From Myxococcota bacterium (GTDB lineage: Bacteria > Myxococcota > UBA4151): DNA of 64,000 nucleotides. The position numbers and the translations under genes were made by a program. The notes beneath the pieces were generated by a model. That model was not told the origin of the DNA. It saw only the letters and a program-made list of their open reading frames with translations, and ran no database searches. Below, in pieces: positions 29,283 through 39,703 of this stretch (positions within the stretch are counted from its first letter, which is position 1; each line of letters starts with the position of its first letter). The stretch is from assembly GCA_040260805.1 (NCBI GenBank), contig JBDQPD010000004.1, positions 6,219 through 70,218 on the forward strand, given 5' to 3'.

Positions 29283-30509
29283 TTAGCCACCAAAGTCATC
29301 GAAGCGAATCATCTCATCATCGACGCCCATTTCGTCGAGCATCCTAAAGACCGCCTCGTTCATCATCGGCGGACCACAAAGGTAATACTCAATGTCTTCA
29401 GGCGCATCGTGCTTCATCAGATAGTTGTCCTGAAGGACTTGATGGATGAAGCCCTCATAGCCCTCCCAATCGTCCTCAGGCAGCGCGTTCGACAGCGCGA
29501 CGTGATATTTGAAGTTCGGGAAGTCGCTCTCAATGTCCTTGAACTGATCATCGTAGAACATCTCACGGCGAGACCGAGCACCATACCAGAAGCTGACCTT
29601 GCGGTCGGTCTTTTGCGTATGGAAGAGGTCAAAGAGGTGAGAGCGCATCGGCGCCATGCCCGCACCACCGCCGATGAAGCACATCTCACGCTGTGTCTTT
29701 TGCTGGAAGAACTCACCGTAGGGGCCTGAGACATACACCTCGTCGCCCGGCTTGAGATCAAAGATGTAACTTGAGGCGATCCCTGGGGGCACATCGTCCT
29801 TGCCTGGCGGCGGGGTGGCGATGCGCACATTGAGCATCACGATCTGCCCTTCAGCGGGATGATTCGCCATCGAGTAGGCTCGGAAGCAGTCCTCGTCGTT
29901 GTTGGCGGTGTACTTCCAAAGGTCCCACTTGTCCCAATCCTCGCGGTACTCGTCTTCGACATCAAAGCTCTTGTAGGAGAGCCCCGCGTACTCGGGGATA
30001 TCGATCTGGATGTAACCGCCGGCTTCGAACTCGAGCGTATCGCCGTCTTGGATCTCGAGAACGAGCTCTTTGATGAAGGTTGCGACGTTCTCATTCGAGC
30101 GCACTTTGCAGCGGAATTTTTTGATGCCAAAGATCTCGTCGGGGATCCCGATCTTCATGTCTTCTTTGACTTTGACCTGGCAGGCTAAGCGCCAGTTATC
30201 TTTGGCTTCTTTGCGATTGATATGGCCTGCTTCGGTCGGCAGTAAATCACCGCCGCCTTCGAAGATCTGGCACTTGCACATGGCGCAAGTTCCACCGCCA
30301 CCACACGCCGAAGGCAGGAAGATTTTCGAGGTCGCCATCGCGGTGAGCAGGTTCGTTCCCGGCGAGACCGGGATCGCGCCTGCAGAATCGCCATTGATCT
30401 CGATGCTCACTTCACCTTGCGCTACCAGCTTCTTCTCAGCTGCTAACAATCCACCTACAATGACCAATACCACCGAGGTAAAGGCAACGACTGCAATCAG
30501 AATTTCCAT
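29283..30509 (-). CDS. nqrF: Na+-translocating NADH:quinone oxidoreductase subunit F
   Basis: N-terminal TM, 2Fe-2S ferredoxin Cys cluster ([10 protein letters not shown]), FAD/NADH-binding domains. Confidence 0.9.
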   Translation of the reverse strand: MEILIAVVAFTSVVLVIVGGLLAAEKKLVAQGEVSIEINGDSAGAIPVSPGTNLLTAMATSKIFLPSACGGGGTCAMCKCQIFEGGGDLLPTEAGHINRKEAKDNWRLACQVKVKEDMKIGIPDEIFGIKKFRCKVRSNENVATFIKELVLEIQDGDTLEFEAGGYIQIDIPEYAGLSYKSFDVEDEYREDWDKWDLWKYTANNDEDCFRAYSMANHPAEGQIVMLNVRIATPPPGKDDVPPGIASSYIFDLKPGDEVYVSGPYGEFFQQKTQREMCFIGGGAGMAPMRSHLFDLFHTQKTDRKVSFWYGARSRREMFYDDQFKDIESDFPNFKYHVALSNALPEDDWEGYEGFIHQVLQDNYLMKHDAPEDIEYYLCGPPMMNEAVFRMLDEMGVDDEMIRFDDFGG

Positions 30510-30523
30510 GATCGCCGTCCTTT

Positions 30524-31138
30524 CTAAAGTTGAATGCCAGCGAAGGTCATAAAAGCCATCGCCATCAATCCGGTGAGCAACATCGTAATACCTAAGCCTC
30601 GCAGACCGTCAGGCACATGCGAGTAGCGCAACTTCTCGCGGATGGCAGCCATCGACACGATCGCAAGGAAGAACCCAGTCCCTGAACCCAAGCCAAAGAC
30701 AACCGATTGACCCAAGGTATAATCTCGCTCGGCCATAAACAAGGACGAGCCAAGAATCGCACAGTTCACAGCGATCAAAGGAAGGAAGATCCCCAAGGCG
30801 GTGTAGAGCGCCGGCGAGAACTTATCGATCGCCATCTCCACCAACTGCACCAGCGCCGCGATCACAGCGATGAAGGTGATAAAGGTCAAGAAGGTTAAGT
30901 CGACCTCAGCGAGCGCCGGACTGATCCGTTCGAGCGCGCCGTCATTGAGAATGTAGTTGTAGATGAACCAGTTGGTGGGCGTTGCGATCACCAACACAAA
31001 GATCACCGCAAAGCCTAGCCCGACCGCGGTCGAGACCTTCTTCGACACGGCGAGGAAGGAGCACATGCCAAGGAAGTAGGCGAGCAAGATGTTCTCGACA
31101 AACACCGACTTCACGAAAAGACTCAGATAAGCTTCCAT
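30524..31138 (-). CDS. nqrE: Na+-NQR subunit E
   Basis: 204-aa hexa-TM protein, [34 protein letters not shown] typical NqrE N-terminus. Confidence 0.9.
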   Translation of the reverse strand: MEAYLSLFVKSVFVENILLAYFLGMCSFLAVSKKVSTAVGLGFAVIFVLVIATPTNWFIYNYILNDGALERISPALAEVDLTFLTFITFIAVIAALVQLVEMAIDKFSPALYTALGIFLPLIAVNCAILGSSLFMAERDYTLGQSVVFGLGSGTGFFLAIVSMAAIREKLRYSHVPDGLRGLGITMLLTGLMAMAFMTFAGIQL

Positions 31139-31141
31139 GAT

Positions 31142-31789
31142 CTAAGCCTCCACATAACCGCTGTAGGTGCGTTGCGCCCAAATCAGCAGTCCCAAGATGA
31201 TAAAGGCTCCCGGCGCCAACACCATGATACCCATATTACTGTACCCGGCTTCGTAGAGTCCCTGCGGCACAATCTGCAGACCGAAGACCGTCCCCGAACC
31301 GAGCAGTTCTCTACAAAACGCAACGATCATCAAAATCGCTGCGTAGCCGATGCTGTTACCCACTCCATCCACGAACGAAGGCCAGGGCTTGTTCGCCATA
31401 GCGAACGCCTCAGCGCGACCCATGACGATGCAGTTGGTGATGATCAAGCCGACGAACACCGAGAGCTGTTTCGAGATGTCGAACAAGAACGCTTTAAGCA
31501 CTTGATCGACCACGATCACCAAGGTGGCGATCACCGAAAGCATGACCACGATCCGAATCTTAGCCGGGATCATGTTGCGCATCAGGGAGATGATGGTGTT
31601 GGACATCGACAGCACAAACAACACAGCGAGCGACAACACGAAGGCGGCGTTCATTTGCACGGTCACCGCCAGCGCTGAACAGATACCTAGAACCTGGATG
31701 GTAATCGGATTGTTCTCGGACAGTGGGTCTTTGAAGGCTTTCTTCTCGGCCTTACCAAAGAGCTCAAATCCTTTAGGGTTTTCGGTCAT
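31142..31789 (-). CDS. nqrD: Na+-NQR subunit D
   Basis: 215-aa membrane protein paralogous to NqrE ([17 protein letters not shown]). Confidence 0.9.
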   Translation of the reverse strand: MTENPKGFELFGKAEKKAFKDPLSENNPITIQVLGICSALAVTVQMNAAFVLSLAVLFVLSMSNTIISLMRNMIPAKIRIVVMLSVIATLVIVVDQVLKAFLFDISKQLSVFVGLIITNCIVMGRAEAFAMANKPWPSFVDGVGNSIGYAAILMIVAFCRELLGSGTVFGLQIVPQGLYEAGYSNMGIMVLAPGAFIILGLLIWAQRTYSGYVEA

Positions 31790-31792
31790 GCC

Positions 31793-32527
31793 CTACCCTT
31801 TCTGCGCAGCGAAGAAGTCGCTGTAGTTGTCGGTGGCGCGACGAACCAACTCTTGAATCCCATCGCCGGTGATCGTCGCCCCGCTCATTCCATCAACGCA
31901 ATGCTGAACCCCACCAAACTTCTGGCAGTTCGGTGCACTCGCCTTGCCCTTAGCTACCCCAAAGACCGACTTGCCCGCCGCATTTTTGAGTTGTTTGCCC
32001 ACGAATTGCGAGGTGAACCATTCCTTCTCACATTCGCCACCCAAGCCGGCCGTTTCGCCGTGCTTGTAAAAGGTGATGCCTTTGACCGTGTTGAAGTCCT
32101 TTTTCAAAGCCAAGAAACCGTAAACCGTCGACCAAAGACCCTTACCTGCGATCGGAACAATGGTGACTTGCTCTGCACCCTTGCCCACCAGATAAACCGG
32201 GCGAAGATTCGACTCCTCATCCGACATTTTGTAGACATCGGCAGCCAGCTGAGCCCCGCTCAAATCAGAGACCGACTGTTCGACGTACTTACCGGCTTTC
32301 AGATCGACAACCTTTGCGACAACCTTCTCTTTGAAGGTGGCTAAAACCTGCTCTTTTTCGACCATCAAGCCCGCTGCAGCGAGCACGTTTTTCTTCTTAT
32401 CGATCTCGATGTTCTTCTCTTTGAGCGGGGCGAGCCCAATCGCTAGGCTCGAAATCGCCAAGGAGCAGACCAAACAGACGCCTGCGGCAAACCCTAGAAC
32501 GTATACGGTTCCGTGTCCTTTACGCAT
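31793..32527 (-). CDS. nqrC: Na+-NQR subunit C (FMN-binding)
   Basis: Single N-terminal TM, FMN-binding domain with SGATIT flavinylation motif. Confidence 0.85.
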   Translation of the reverse strand: MRKGHGTVYVLGFAAGVCLVCSLAISSLAIGLAPLKEKNIEIDKKKNVLAAAGLMVEKEQVLATFKEKVVAKVVDLKAGKYVEQSVSDLSGAQLAADVYKMSDEESNLRPVYLVGKGAEQVTIVPIAGKGLWSTVYGFLALKKDFNTVKGITFYKHGETAGLGGECEKEWFTSQFVGKQLKNAAGKSVFGVAKGKASAPNCQKFGGVQHCVDGMSGATITGDGIQELVRRATDNYSDFFAAQKG

Positions 32528-32535
32528 CGTTCCTC

Positions 32536-33825
32536 CTATGCCGAGGCTGCGGCTAAGCGCAGCTTGCGACGTTTGACGTTCGCCTGAACCACATAGTGGT
32601 CAACAAGCGGAGCAAACACATTCATGAACAGGATCGCCAGCATCATACCTTCTGGATAGGCTGGGTTGACGACGCGCACGAGCACCACCAAAACGCCGAT
32701 TAAGATACCGTAGATCCACTTCCCAGTATCGGTCACGCTCGCCGACACCGGATCGGTCGCCATAAACACGGCGCCAAACGCGAATCCGCCCATCACCAGA
32801 TGGTAGTGAGCAGGCAGATGGAACATCGGGTTGCTTCCAGGACCGGCTGCCATCCCAAGGACAAAGCCAGTCGCCAGGGTTCCGATCACGCAACCGACCA
32901 TGATGCGCCAGCTCGCCAGACCGATGAGCAACAAGAACGCCGCCCCAAGCAAGATGGTAAAGGTGCTGCCTTCGCCCATTGAGCCGGGGATCGTACCCCA
33001 GAACATCGAGGCAAAGTCATAGGTCACACCGCTGCCTGAAGAGAAGTTATTGAGCGCCTCTAAACCGCCGCCCGCCAGCTCACGAGCGTCGCTCGCCGCC
33101 GCAACCGCCAGCGGCGTGGCTCCCGAGTAACCGTCCACAGCAGCTGAGCCGCTAGGGATGATGCCTTGCGCAAAGCTCGGGACCCCATTGACTGCGCTCC
33201 ACACCCGCTTGCCGCCGTCGAGTTGGTCGCCCGAAATCGCTGCGGGATAGGTAAAGAATAAGAACGCTCGGGTGGTCAGCGCAGGGTTCAGAATGTTCAT
33301 CCCGACCCCACCAAAGACCTCTTTGCCAATGACCACACCAAAGCTGGTGCCGACGACGACCTGCCAAAGCGGAATCGTCGGTGGTAAGATCAAGGGAATG
33401 AGCATACCGGTCACGAGGAAGCCCTCGGAGACCTCTTCCTTGCGAATCGTCGCAAAGAGCACTTCCCACAATCCGCCGGTCGCAAAGGTTGCCGCGAGAA
33501 TAGGAAGGAAGTGAAAGGCGCCGCGCAGCACCGCATCAAAAAGGCTGTACTCGACGCCCTCTGCAGCGAGCGCCTGAGCGCCCGTGTTAAAGATCGCCCA
33601 AGCGATGCAAGGCACCAAGGCCACCACGACCGAGAACATCAGGCGCTTTGAGTCCAGCGCGTCTCGTACATGAGGGCCGGCTTTAGCGGATGCTGTCTTG
33701 CCCTGAGTAAACAGGATCGTGTCGTGCATGTCATAAAGGGTGTAGAGTCCTGGGACCTTGCCCAGCTTACCGCCCGGTTTGACCAGATCATGGACCTGAT
33801 CAAGTTGCTGACGAAGGAACTTCAC
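32536..33825 (-). CDS. nqrB: Na+-NQR subunit B
   Basis: 429-aa polytopic membrane protein, NqrB/RnfD family (SGAT flavinylation site YSGATPLA). Confidence 0.9.
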   Translation of the reverse strand: MKFLRQQLDQVHDLVKPGGKLGKVPGLYTLYDMHDTILFTQGKTASAKAGPHVRDALDSKRLMFSVVVALVPCIAWAIFNTGAQALAAEGVEYSLFDAVLRGAFHFLPILAATFATGGLWEVLFATIRKEEVSEGFLVTGMLIPLILPPTIPLWQVVVGTSFGVVIGKEVFGGVGMNILNPALTTRAFLFFTYPAAISGDQLDGGKRVWSAVNGVPSFAQGIIPSGSAAVDGYSGATPLAVAAASDARELAGGGLEALNNFSSGSGVTYDFASMFWGTIPGSMGEGSTFTILLGAAFLLLIGLASWRIMVGCVIGTLATGFVLGMAAGPGSNPMFHLPAHYHLVMGGFAFGAVFMATDPVSASVTDTGKWIYGILIGVLVVLVRVVNPAYPEGMMLAILFMNVFAPLVDHYVVQANVKRRKLRLAAASA

Positions 33826-35174
33826 GCTGTCTCCTTCTCATACTGCAGCCACCCTTGCTCAAGGATCTGCGAGTAGTTAATCTTTGAGGGGCAAACCACG
33901 GTACACAGAGCGGCTTCCTCGCGGCTCATCTCGAGGAGTCCGAGCGCGAGCATCTCTTCGATGTCTTCGCACAAAATCGCCTTCATCAAGAAGTTCGGCT
34001 CGATATCGCTCGGCACCACTCGGTTGTACGAACCGACAGGGATCAGCGCACGGGGTCCGCCGAATGTATCGGTGGTCATCTTCATCTTCTTCTTGGGCAG
34101 GAAACTGCTGAGGAAGAAGCGATGATTTGAGAACTTGTTACCGCCAGCTGCGAGCCAGCCCAGAAACTCACGCTCGCCGCCCTCGCGAAGGACCGACAAG
34201 GTGTGTCCGCCTGAAGCATAGAACCCATCGGCATCAAGCGTTCGTCCGGTCAAGACGCTGCCACCCACGATGCGCACGTTCTCGCCGGCTCCGCCGACAG
34301 CTTGGAGCAAATCAGCGATCGGCGAACCATTGGTCGCCTCGACGTACTGAGGGCTGCCGACCTCACCGACCACAGCGATGCGGCTGGTCGTTGGCATCAC
34401 GCCTGTGCGGAGCAAAGCGCCCATGTCCGCAACATCGATCGCTCGGCAAAACCAGACGCGTTGTTCATTGCCCGGCGGGCAGATGAAATTGATCTGAACC
34501 TCAGGGTCACCCGATGGGTGCGGCCCCGAAAACCGATGCGTCTGAACCCCGGTGATCCCCGAAAGCGCAGCGGGCATCCCCGACGCGCCGTGAGTCAAAT
34601 GCACCGTCGGTGCCAACTGACCCAGCGCAGCGAAGCCAGCACAGAGGTCTTCCTCTCGGCCCGCAAGCAGGACATTGGGGTCTGCGCAGTTCGGTCCCGT
34701 CTCGCTCGCAGCGACCAAAATCGCCTTGGGCGTGTGCTCAGGGTCAGCGATCCGCGCCAACGGTTTACTGCGCAGCATCAACCAAGCGCCGCCGCTCAAG
34801 AGGCGTTCTCTCACACCCTGAGCACCCAGCGACGCAATCGCCGAGTCATCGAGCGCTCCATGGTTCACGGATTCGCCAGCGGCGACTTCAACGACGACCG
34901 CTTGAATGCTGCGACGGAGCCCACGCCGGATCTCGACCACCTTACCCGCTGCGGGGCTGACGAACTTCATGTCCGGTCGGATCTTCGCGTGTCCCAGGGG
35001 GGATCCGGCTTGCACCGTATCACCCTCCTTGACCGCCAGTCGCATTTTGAATCCAGGGTAATCAGGTGGGGTCACCGCCACGTGCGTCGGCGTCGTCAAC
35101 GCTTGCACTTCAGAGCCCACAGCTCCGCCGGCAATGGGTAGATCCAACCCAGCTTTTAGGACGAAATCACTCAT
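33822..35174 (-). CDS. nqrA: Na+-NQR subunit A
   Basis: Soluble ~450-aa subunit starting MSDFVLKAGLDLPI; operon order nqrA-F; internal start chosen over 35249. Confidence 0.85.
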   Translation of the reverse strand: MSDFVLKAGLDLPIAGGAVGSEVQALTTPTHVAVTPPDYPGFKMRLAVKEGDTVQAGSPLGHAKIRPDMKFVSPAAGKVVEIRRGLRRSIQAVVVEVAAGESVNHGALDDSAIASLGAQGVRERLLSGGAWLMLRSKPLARIADPEHTPKAILVAASETGPNCADPNVLLAGREEDLCAGFAALGQLAPTVHLTHGASGMPAALSGITGVQTHRFSGPHPSGDPEVQINFICPPGNEQRVWFCRAIDVADMGALLRTGVMPTTSRIAVVGEVGSPQYVEATNGSPIADLLQAVGGAGENVRIVGGSVLTGRTLDADGFYASGGHTLSVLREGGEREFLGWLAAGGNKFSNHRFFLSSFLPKKKMKMTTDTFGGPRALIPVGSYNRVVPSDIEPNFLMKAILCEDIEEMLALGLLEMSREEAALCTVVCPSKINYSQILEQGWLQYEKETA

Positions 35175-35308
35175 GTCACTCCTAGAGGGGTATGGGTCCC
35201 CCTCGCACGCGCAGACGCGCACTCGACCGCGTGAGGCGGCGCCCCCCATTAGACAGCTTTTGTAGCGCGAACAAGGCCGTCGAAGCGTTTTCCCGAACGC
35301 TGCCGGGT

Positions 35309-36058
35309 TTAGTCGCCCTTAGTGAACCTGTTAAACAGATCAATCGGCACTGGGAACAAGGTGGTTGAGTTGTTCTCCGTAGCGATTTCACTCAGCGTTT
35401 GCAGATAACGCAACTGAATCGTCACGGGGTTTTGCGCCATCAGATCGGCGGCTTCGCGTAATTTCGTTGCGGCCTGCAGTTCACCATCAGCATGAATCAC
35501 TTTGGCGCGCCGTTCGCGCTCGGCCTCAGCCTGTTTCGCCATGGCTCGCTGCATCTCCTGCGGCAGATCGATCTGTTTAACCTCAACGTTGTTGACCTTG
35601 ACACCCCAAGGGTCGGTCTCGCGGTCCAGCACGTCTTGGATCGCCGTATTGATCGCCTTGCGCTCGGTCAGCAGGTAATCAAGTTCGTGCTGACCGCAAA
35701 TCGACCTCAGCGTGGTCTGAGCCAGCTGCGATGTTGCGTACAAAAAGTGCTCCACCTCAAGGATCGCCTTTCGGGACGAGACCACGTGGAAGTACACGAC
35801 CGCGTTGACTTTGACCGAGACGTTGTCACGGGTGATCACGTCTTGCGTCGGCACATCCATGGTCACCACGCGCAGGTCGACTTTGACCATGCGGTCGATG
35901 CCAAAGGGAATGATCAGGACCAAACCAGGTCCCTTGACGCCGTCAACACATTTACCCAGGCGGAACACGACACCACGCTCGTACTCGTTGAGGATACGAA
36001 CACCGCTCACCAAAGCGATGAGAATGATGCCTAGAAATAATAAAATGGGAACGGTCAT
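35309..36058 (-). CDS. SPFH/band-7 (stomatin-like) protein
   Basis: N-terminal [18 protein letters not shown]...VDLR SPFH domain. Confidence 0.85.
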   Translation of the reverse strand: MTVPILLFLGIILIALVSGVRILNEYERGVVFRLGKCVDGVKGPGLVLIIPFGIDRMVKVDLRVVTMDVPTQDVITRDNVSVKVNAVVYFHVVSSRKAILEVEHFLYATSQLAQTTLRSICGQHELDYLLTERKAINTAIQDVLDRETDPWGVKVNNVEVKQIDLPQEMQRAMAKQAEAERERRAKVIHADGELQAATKLREAADLMAQNPVTIQLRYLQTLSEIATENNSTTLFPVPIDLFNRFTKGD

Positions 36059-37401
36059 CCGTCCTCCTTAGTAGGTTCTTCATCTTGTGGAACGACGCTG
36101 AGCGTAATTCCCTCAACCGACGTCACGCGAACGGTTGCCCCTTCGGTAATGTTCCGATCAGAGACAGCGCGCCACGTCGTGCCTCGCAGATCCAAACGTC
36201 CAGCTTCGTCGCCCACGATCGGCCAGACCAGCTCCCCGACCTCGCCGACCATTGCTTCTTTGCCCGTACTCGCCGGCGAGCGCATAGACCGCACCAGCAA
36301 ACTACCGATCACTGCAGCGAGCAGCGCAAACCCAAGCGCCCCGGACCAGATCAATAAGGGTTCTACCCTAAAATCCGATTCTGGGACGTCAAAGAGCAGA
36401 TACGATCCAATCACCAAACAGGCCATACCCACGCCCGTTAGGATGCCAAAGCTCGGAACGAACACCTCGGCCACCAAACAGACCGCCGCAGCAGCCATGA
36501 GCAGCGCACCGAGCCAATTGACGGGCATCACCTGTACGCCCAAGACAATCGCAATACACGTCGCCCCTACGACCCCCGGCACCATCAATCCAGGCGCTTT
36601 GAACTCGAGGAACAAACCGAACAATCCCACGAGCAGTAGAATGTACGCCAAGTTCGGGTTCGCCAGGAACTGGACCAGCTTTTGGCGAGCGCTCATCGCG
36701 TAGGGGATCACGACCACGGCTTCTGTGCTCAAGCTCGTTTGACGCTCAGGAAGCTTGACGACCCGCCCATGCAGCGAGCGGATCAAGACATCTTCGTTAC
36801 GAGCGATCAAATCGACCACGTTTTTCTCGAGCGCCTCTTGCTCGGGGATCGATGCAGACTCAGAGACCGCCTCGGCAGCCCAGTCTGCATTGCGTCCGCG
36901 CAGCTGAGCGATCGAGCGCGCCCAAGCGACGGTGTCGTTGGTCACCTTTTTGGCCATGTCCCCTTCGATATCCTTACCGAAAGCGGAGACCGGATGAGCG
37001 GCTCCAATGTTGGTCCCGGGCGCCATCGCTGCGATGTGAGCCGCCATCGTGATAAAGACACCTGCAGAGCCAGCTCGCGCTCCACTTTCACCCACCCACA
37101 CAACGATCGGAACGTCGCTGTTGAGAAATGCAGCGACGATCTCGCGTGTCGCCGACAGGAGCCCACCAGGGGTATCCAGTCGAATGATCAGGGCCTGAGC
37201 TTGTTTCTCACGCGCATGGTCAATGGCTTCAGCCAAAAACTCGGCGGCAACTTTGGTGATCCCACCCACTAAGGACACCGTGATCAATGGACCGGTACCC
37301 TGAGCCACAGGCAGCGCGGGCTTCTCTACAGGAGCCTTCGGCGGATCGACCGGCGGGGGACCGGCATCCAAAACAGTCGCGGCGAGCAAAATCATCAACA
37401 T
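36055..37401 (-). CDS. NfeD-family membrane-bound ClpP-class serine protease (stomatin operon partner)
   Basis: ClpP-like domain ([18 protein letters not shown]), multi-TM, C-terminal OB-fold; 4-nt overlap with stomatin gene. Start uncertain (37401/37395 vs 37524; long form would overlap divergent gene). Confidence 0.7.
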   Translation of the reverse strand: MLMILLAATVLDAGPPPVDPPKAPVEKPALPVAQGTGPLITVSLVGGITKVAAEFLAEAIDHAREKQAQALIIRLDTPGGLLSATREIVAAFLNSDVPIVVWVGESGARAGSAGVFITMAAHIAAMAPGTNIGAAHPVSAFGKDIEGDMAKKVTNDTVAWARSIAQLRGRNADWAAEAVSESASIPEQEALEKNVVDLIARNEDVLIRSLHGRVVKLPERQTSLSTEAVVVIPYAMSARQKLVQFLANPNLAYILLLVGLFGLFLEFKAPGLMVPGVVGATCIAIVLGVQVMPVNWLGALLMAAAAVCLVAEVFVPSFGILTGVGMACLVIGSYLLFDVPESDFRVEPLLIWSGALGFALLAAVIGSLLVRSMRSPASTGKEAMVGEVGELVWPIVGDEAGRLDLRGTTWRAVSDRNITEGATVRVTSVEGITLSVVPQDEEPTKEDG

Positions 37402-37480
37402 AAGCGGTATAGAACTCCAAAGTGACGGCTGAGCAAGTCCTCTTCTTGACCCCGTAGCCCAGCCCAGCGATGGCTGCACG

Positions 37481-38296
37481 GTGCTCCCCGAACAATTAAC
37501 CGCACTGCTGCCTTTGATCGACACCGTCTCACCGGTGTCTGGAGGCGATATTCATCGTGCTTTTCGGGTCGTACTTGCGAGCGGCAAAATTATCTTTGCT
37601 AAAACACACGACGACCCGCCATCGGCGATCTTTGAGTGCGAGGCTGATGGTTTGGGGCTCCTTAATCGAGCAGCGCCAGGATTGTGTCCCGAGGTCTTGG
37701 CGGTCTGCGACCAAGGCCTTGCCCTCGAGTGGCTAGAGCTCAAGCCGGGGAGGCGCGGCGCCGTCCTCGGTCGAGCGCTTGCGACCCTTCATCGCGTCCA
37801 AGCGCCAAGCTTTGGTGGTCAGCCTGACAACTACCTAGCGACCATCAAGCAAGCTCAGCCCGAGTGCTCGAGCTGGGCCGAACTCTACACCGAACATCGC
37901 TTGGCTCCCCTCCTGCACAACCTACCGAGGTCGCTAGCCCGAGCCCTCGAGAGCCTGCTGCCTAAGCTCGCCAGCTTGCTTGATTTACCCGACCCACCCA
38001 GCTGGCTACACGGTGATTTTTGGAGTGGAAATGCTGGCGAAACCACAGGTGGGAGAGCCTGCATATTTGATCCGGCAGTCTCAACCGGACACCGCGAGCA
38101 AGACCTTGCGATGACCCTTTTGTTCGGTGGCTTTAACGCTGATTTTTATCGCGCCTATGAAGAGGTTTATCCGCTAACCCATGGCTGGCGAGATCGCGTC
38201 AGTCTGCACCAAATCTATCCTTTACTCGTTCATGTCGTGCTGTTTGGAGATGCATACCATCACCAAGCACTCGACGCCGTAGAACGCTGGCTCTGA
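37481..38296 (+). CDS. Fructosamine kinase family protein (aminoglycoside phosphotransferase fold)
   Basis: VSGGDIHRAFRV..., WLHGDFWSGN catalytic loop typical of fructosamine-3-kinase family. Confidence 0.8.
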   Translation: MLPEQLTALLPLIDTVSPVSGGDIHRAFRVVLASGKIIFAKTHDDPPSAIFECEADGLGLLNRAAPGLCPEVLAVCDQGLALEWLELKPGRRGAVLGRALATLHRVQAPSFGGQPDNYLATIKQAQPECSSWAELYTEHRLAPLLHNLPRSLARALESLLPKLASLLDLPDPPSWLHGDFWSGNAGETTGGRACIFDPAVSTGHREQDLAMTLLFGGFNADFYRAYEEVYPLTHGWRDRVSLHQIYPLLVHVVLFGDAYHHQALDAVERWL

Positions 38297-38297
38297 C

Positions 38298-39626
38298 ATG
38301 CAAAGCGAGACCAAATTACCGGTTCCTTTCATCGTCGCCAGCATGGTGGCTGGAGCCATTCAACCGCTGATCGCATTGGTCGACACGTATTTTGCTGCGC
38401 AGTTGAGCACCCAAGACCTCGCGTGCCTTGCACTGGGCGGCGGCATCTCAAGTTCGGTTGGCTGGGTCAGTGGTCAGTTAATCGGTGGCTTTCCAGGGGT
38501 GCTCGGTCGGTTGAGCGGTCGCGGTGACGTCGAAGCGACTCGACGACTCAACGGCCAAGTCCTCGCCCTCGCTTTTGTCGTCGGTCTGATCGCCGCCGTA
38601 CCGACTGCTTTGCTCTTAGGTGAAGGCGTGATGCTGCTCACTCAGAGCGAAGCGACTGGCTCGGGGGCTCGGCACTACTTACAAATCCGGATGCTCGGCT
38701 TACCCTTTGAGATCTGTGGGTTTGTAATCTTTGGGATTTTGCGTGCCGGCTACCAAGCGGTGTGGACCCCTATTTTCGTGATGCTCACCGCGCTGGTTGC
38801 CAACGCCTCGCTGAACGCCTTGTTTGTTTACGGCTTTGGCTGGGGCTTGAGCGGCTTGGCGCTCGGCTCGTCGTTAGCCCCACTTGCCGCAGTCTTATGC
38901 GCCGCTGTGCCGATCACCCGCTGGCGCGGCTGGTCGCTGGGGCTTGGTATGAAGGCGGTGCGCCAGATGCGTCTGGATCCGATGACCAAACTCTCAGCGC
39001 GCCTAGGACGCGTCGCTCTATCTCGCGGGCTTCTGCTCAACGCCGTTTTGATCAGCAGCTCACTCGTCGCTGAGCGGTTTTCGACGAGCGAGCTCGCAGC
39101 CCATGGTTTAGCGATACAAATCTGGTTGTTGATCGCTTTTCTGCTCGATGGCTTCGCACACGCTGGATTAGCTTTTGGGAGTCGACTGCTCGGCGCTGGG
39201 CATTTTGAACGGGCGCGCAAGCTGGCGTGGCGCCTCGTCGTCACCAGCGCAGGGCTGGCCGCCCTGATCGCCGCTGGATTGTTCGCCCTCTGGACAGCAC
39301 TGCCATCGGGCTTCGGGTTGGATGGAGTCGCCGCTGCTGCTTTTGCGGCGGTGCTGCTTCCCATGTGCGTCCAGACCTTACCTGCAAGCGTTGCGTTCGT
39401 CGCAGATGGGATGCTCAAAGGCGCTGGAGACCTCGCCTTTTTGGCGCAGCAAATGGCCGTGGCTAGCCTGGTCGCTTTTCCCATCGGGCTGCTCGTTTTT
39501 GGCGACAACTTACGCGGCCTTTGGTGGGCGATGACAGCGTGGGTGAGCACGCGCGCCCTGCTGTGTGCGTGGCGCCTCAGAGGCACGTCTTGGATCCGGA
39601 TTGCCCGCAGTCAAATCGAGAATTAG
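38298..39626 (+). CDS. MATE family efflux transporter
   Basis: 442 aa, 12 predicted TM, two-repeat MATE topology. Confidence 0.8.
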   Translation: MQSETKLPVPFIVASMVAGAIQPLIALVDTYFAAQLSTQDLACLALGGGISSSVGWVSGQLIGGFPGVLGRLSGRGDVEATRRLNGQVLALAFVVGLIAAVPTALLLGEGVMLLTQSEATGSGARHYLQIRMLGLPFEICGFVIFGILRAGYQAVWTPIFVMLTALVANASLNALFVYGFGWGLSGLALGSSLAPLAAVLCAAVPITRWRGWSLGLGMKAVRQMRLDPMTKLSARLGRVALSRGLLLNAVLISSSLVAERFSTSELAAHGLAIQIWLLIAFLLDGFAHAGLAFGSRLLGAGHFERARKLAWRLVVTSAGLAALIAAGLFALWTALPSGFGLDGVAAAAFAAVLLPMCVQTLPASVAFVADGMLKGAGDLAFLAQQMAVASLVAFPIGLLVFGDNLRGLWWAMTAWVSTRALLCAWRLRGTSWIRIARSQIEN

Positions 39627-39703
39627 GAGAAATCCGGTTCCAAGCGCTTGACGTTTTGGAACGATAGACGTTGGGATCACAACGCTTAGAAAATGGAGCC
39701 CTC

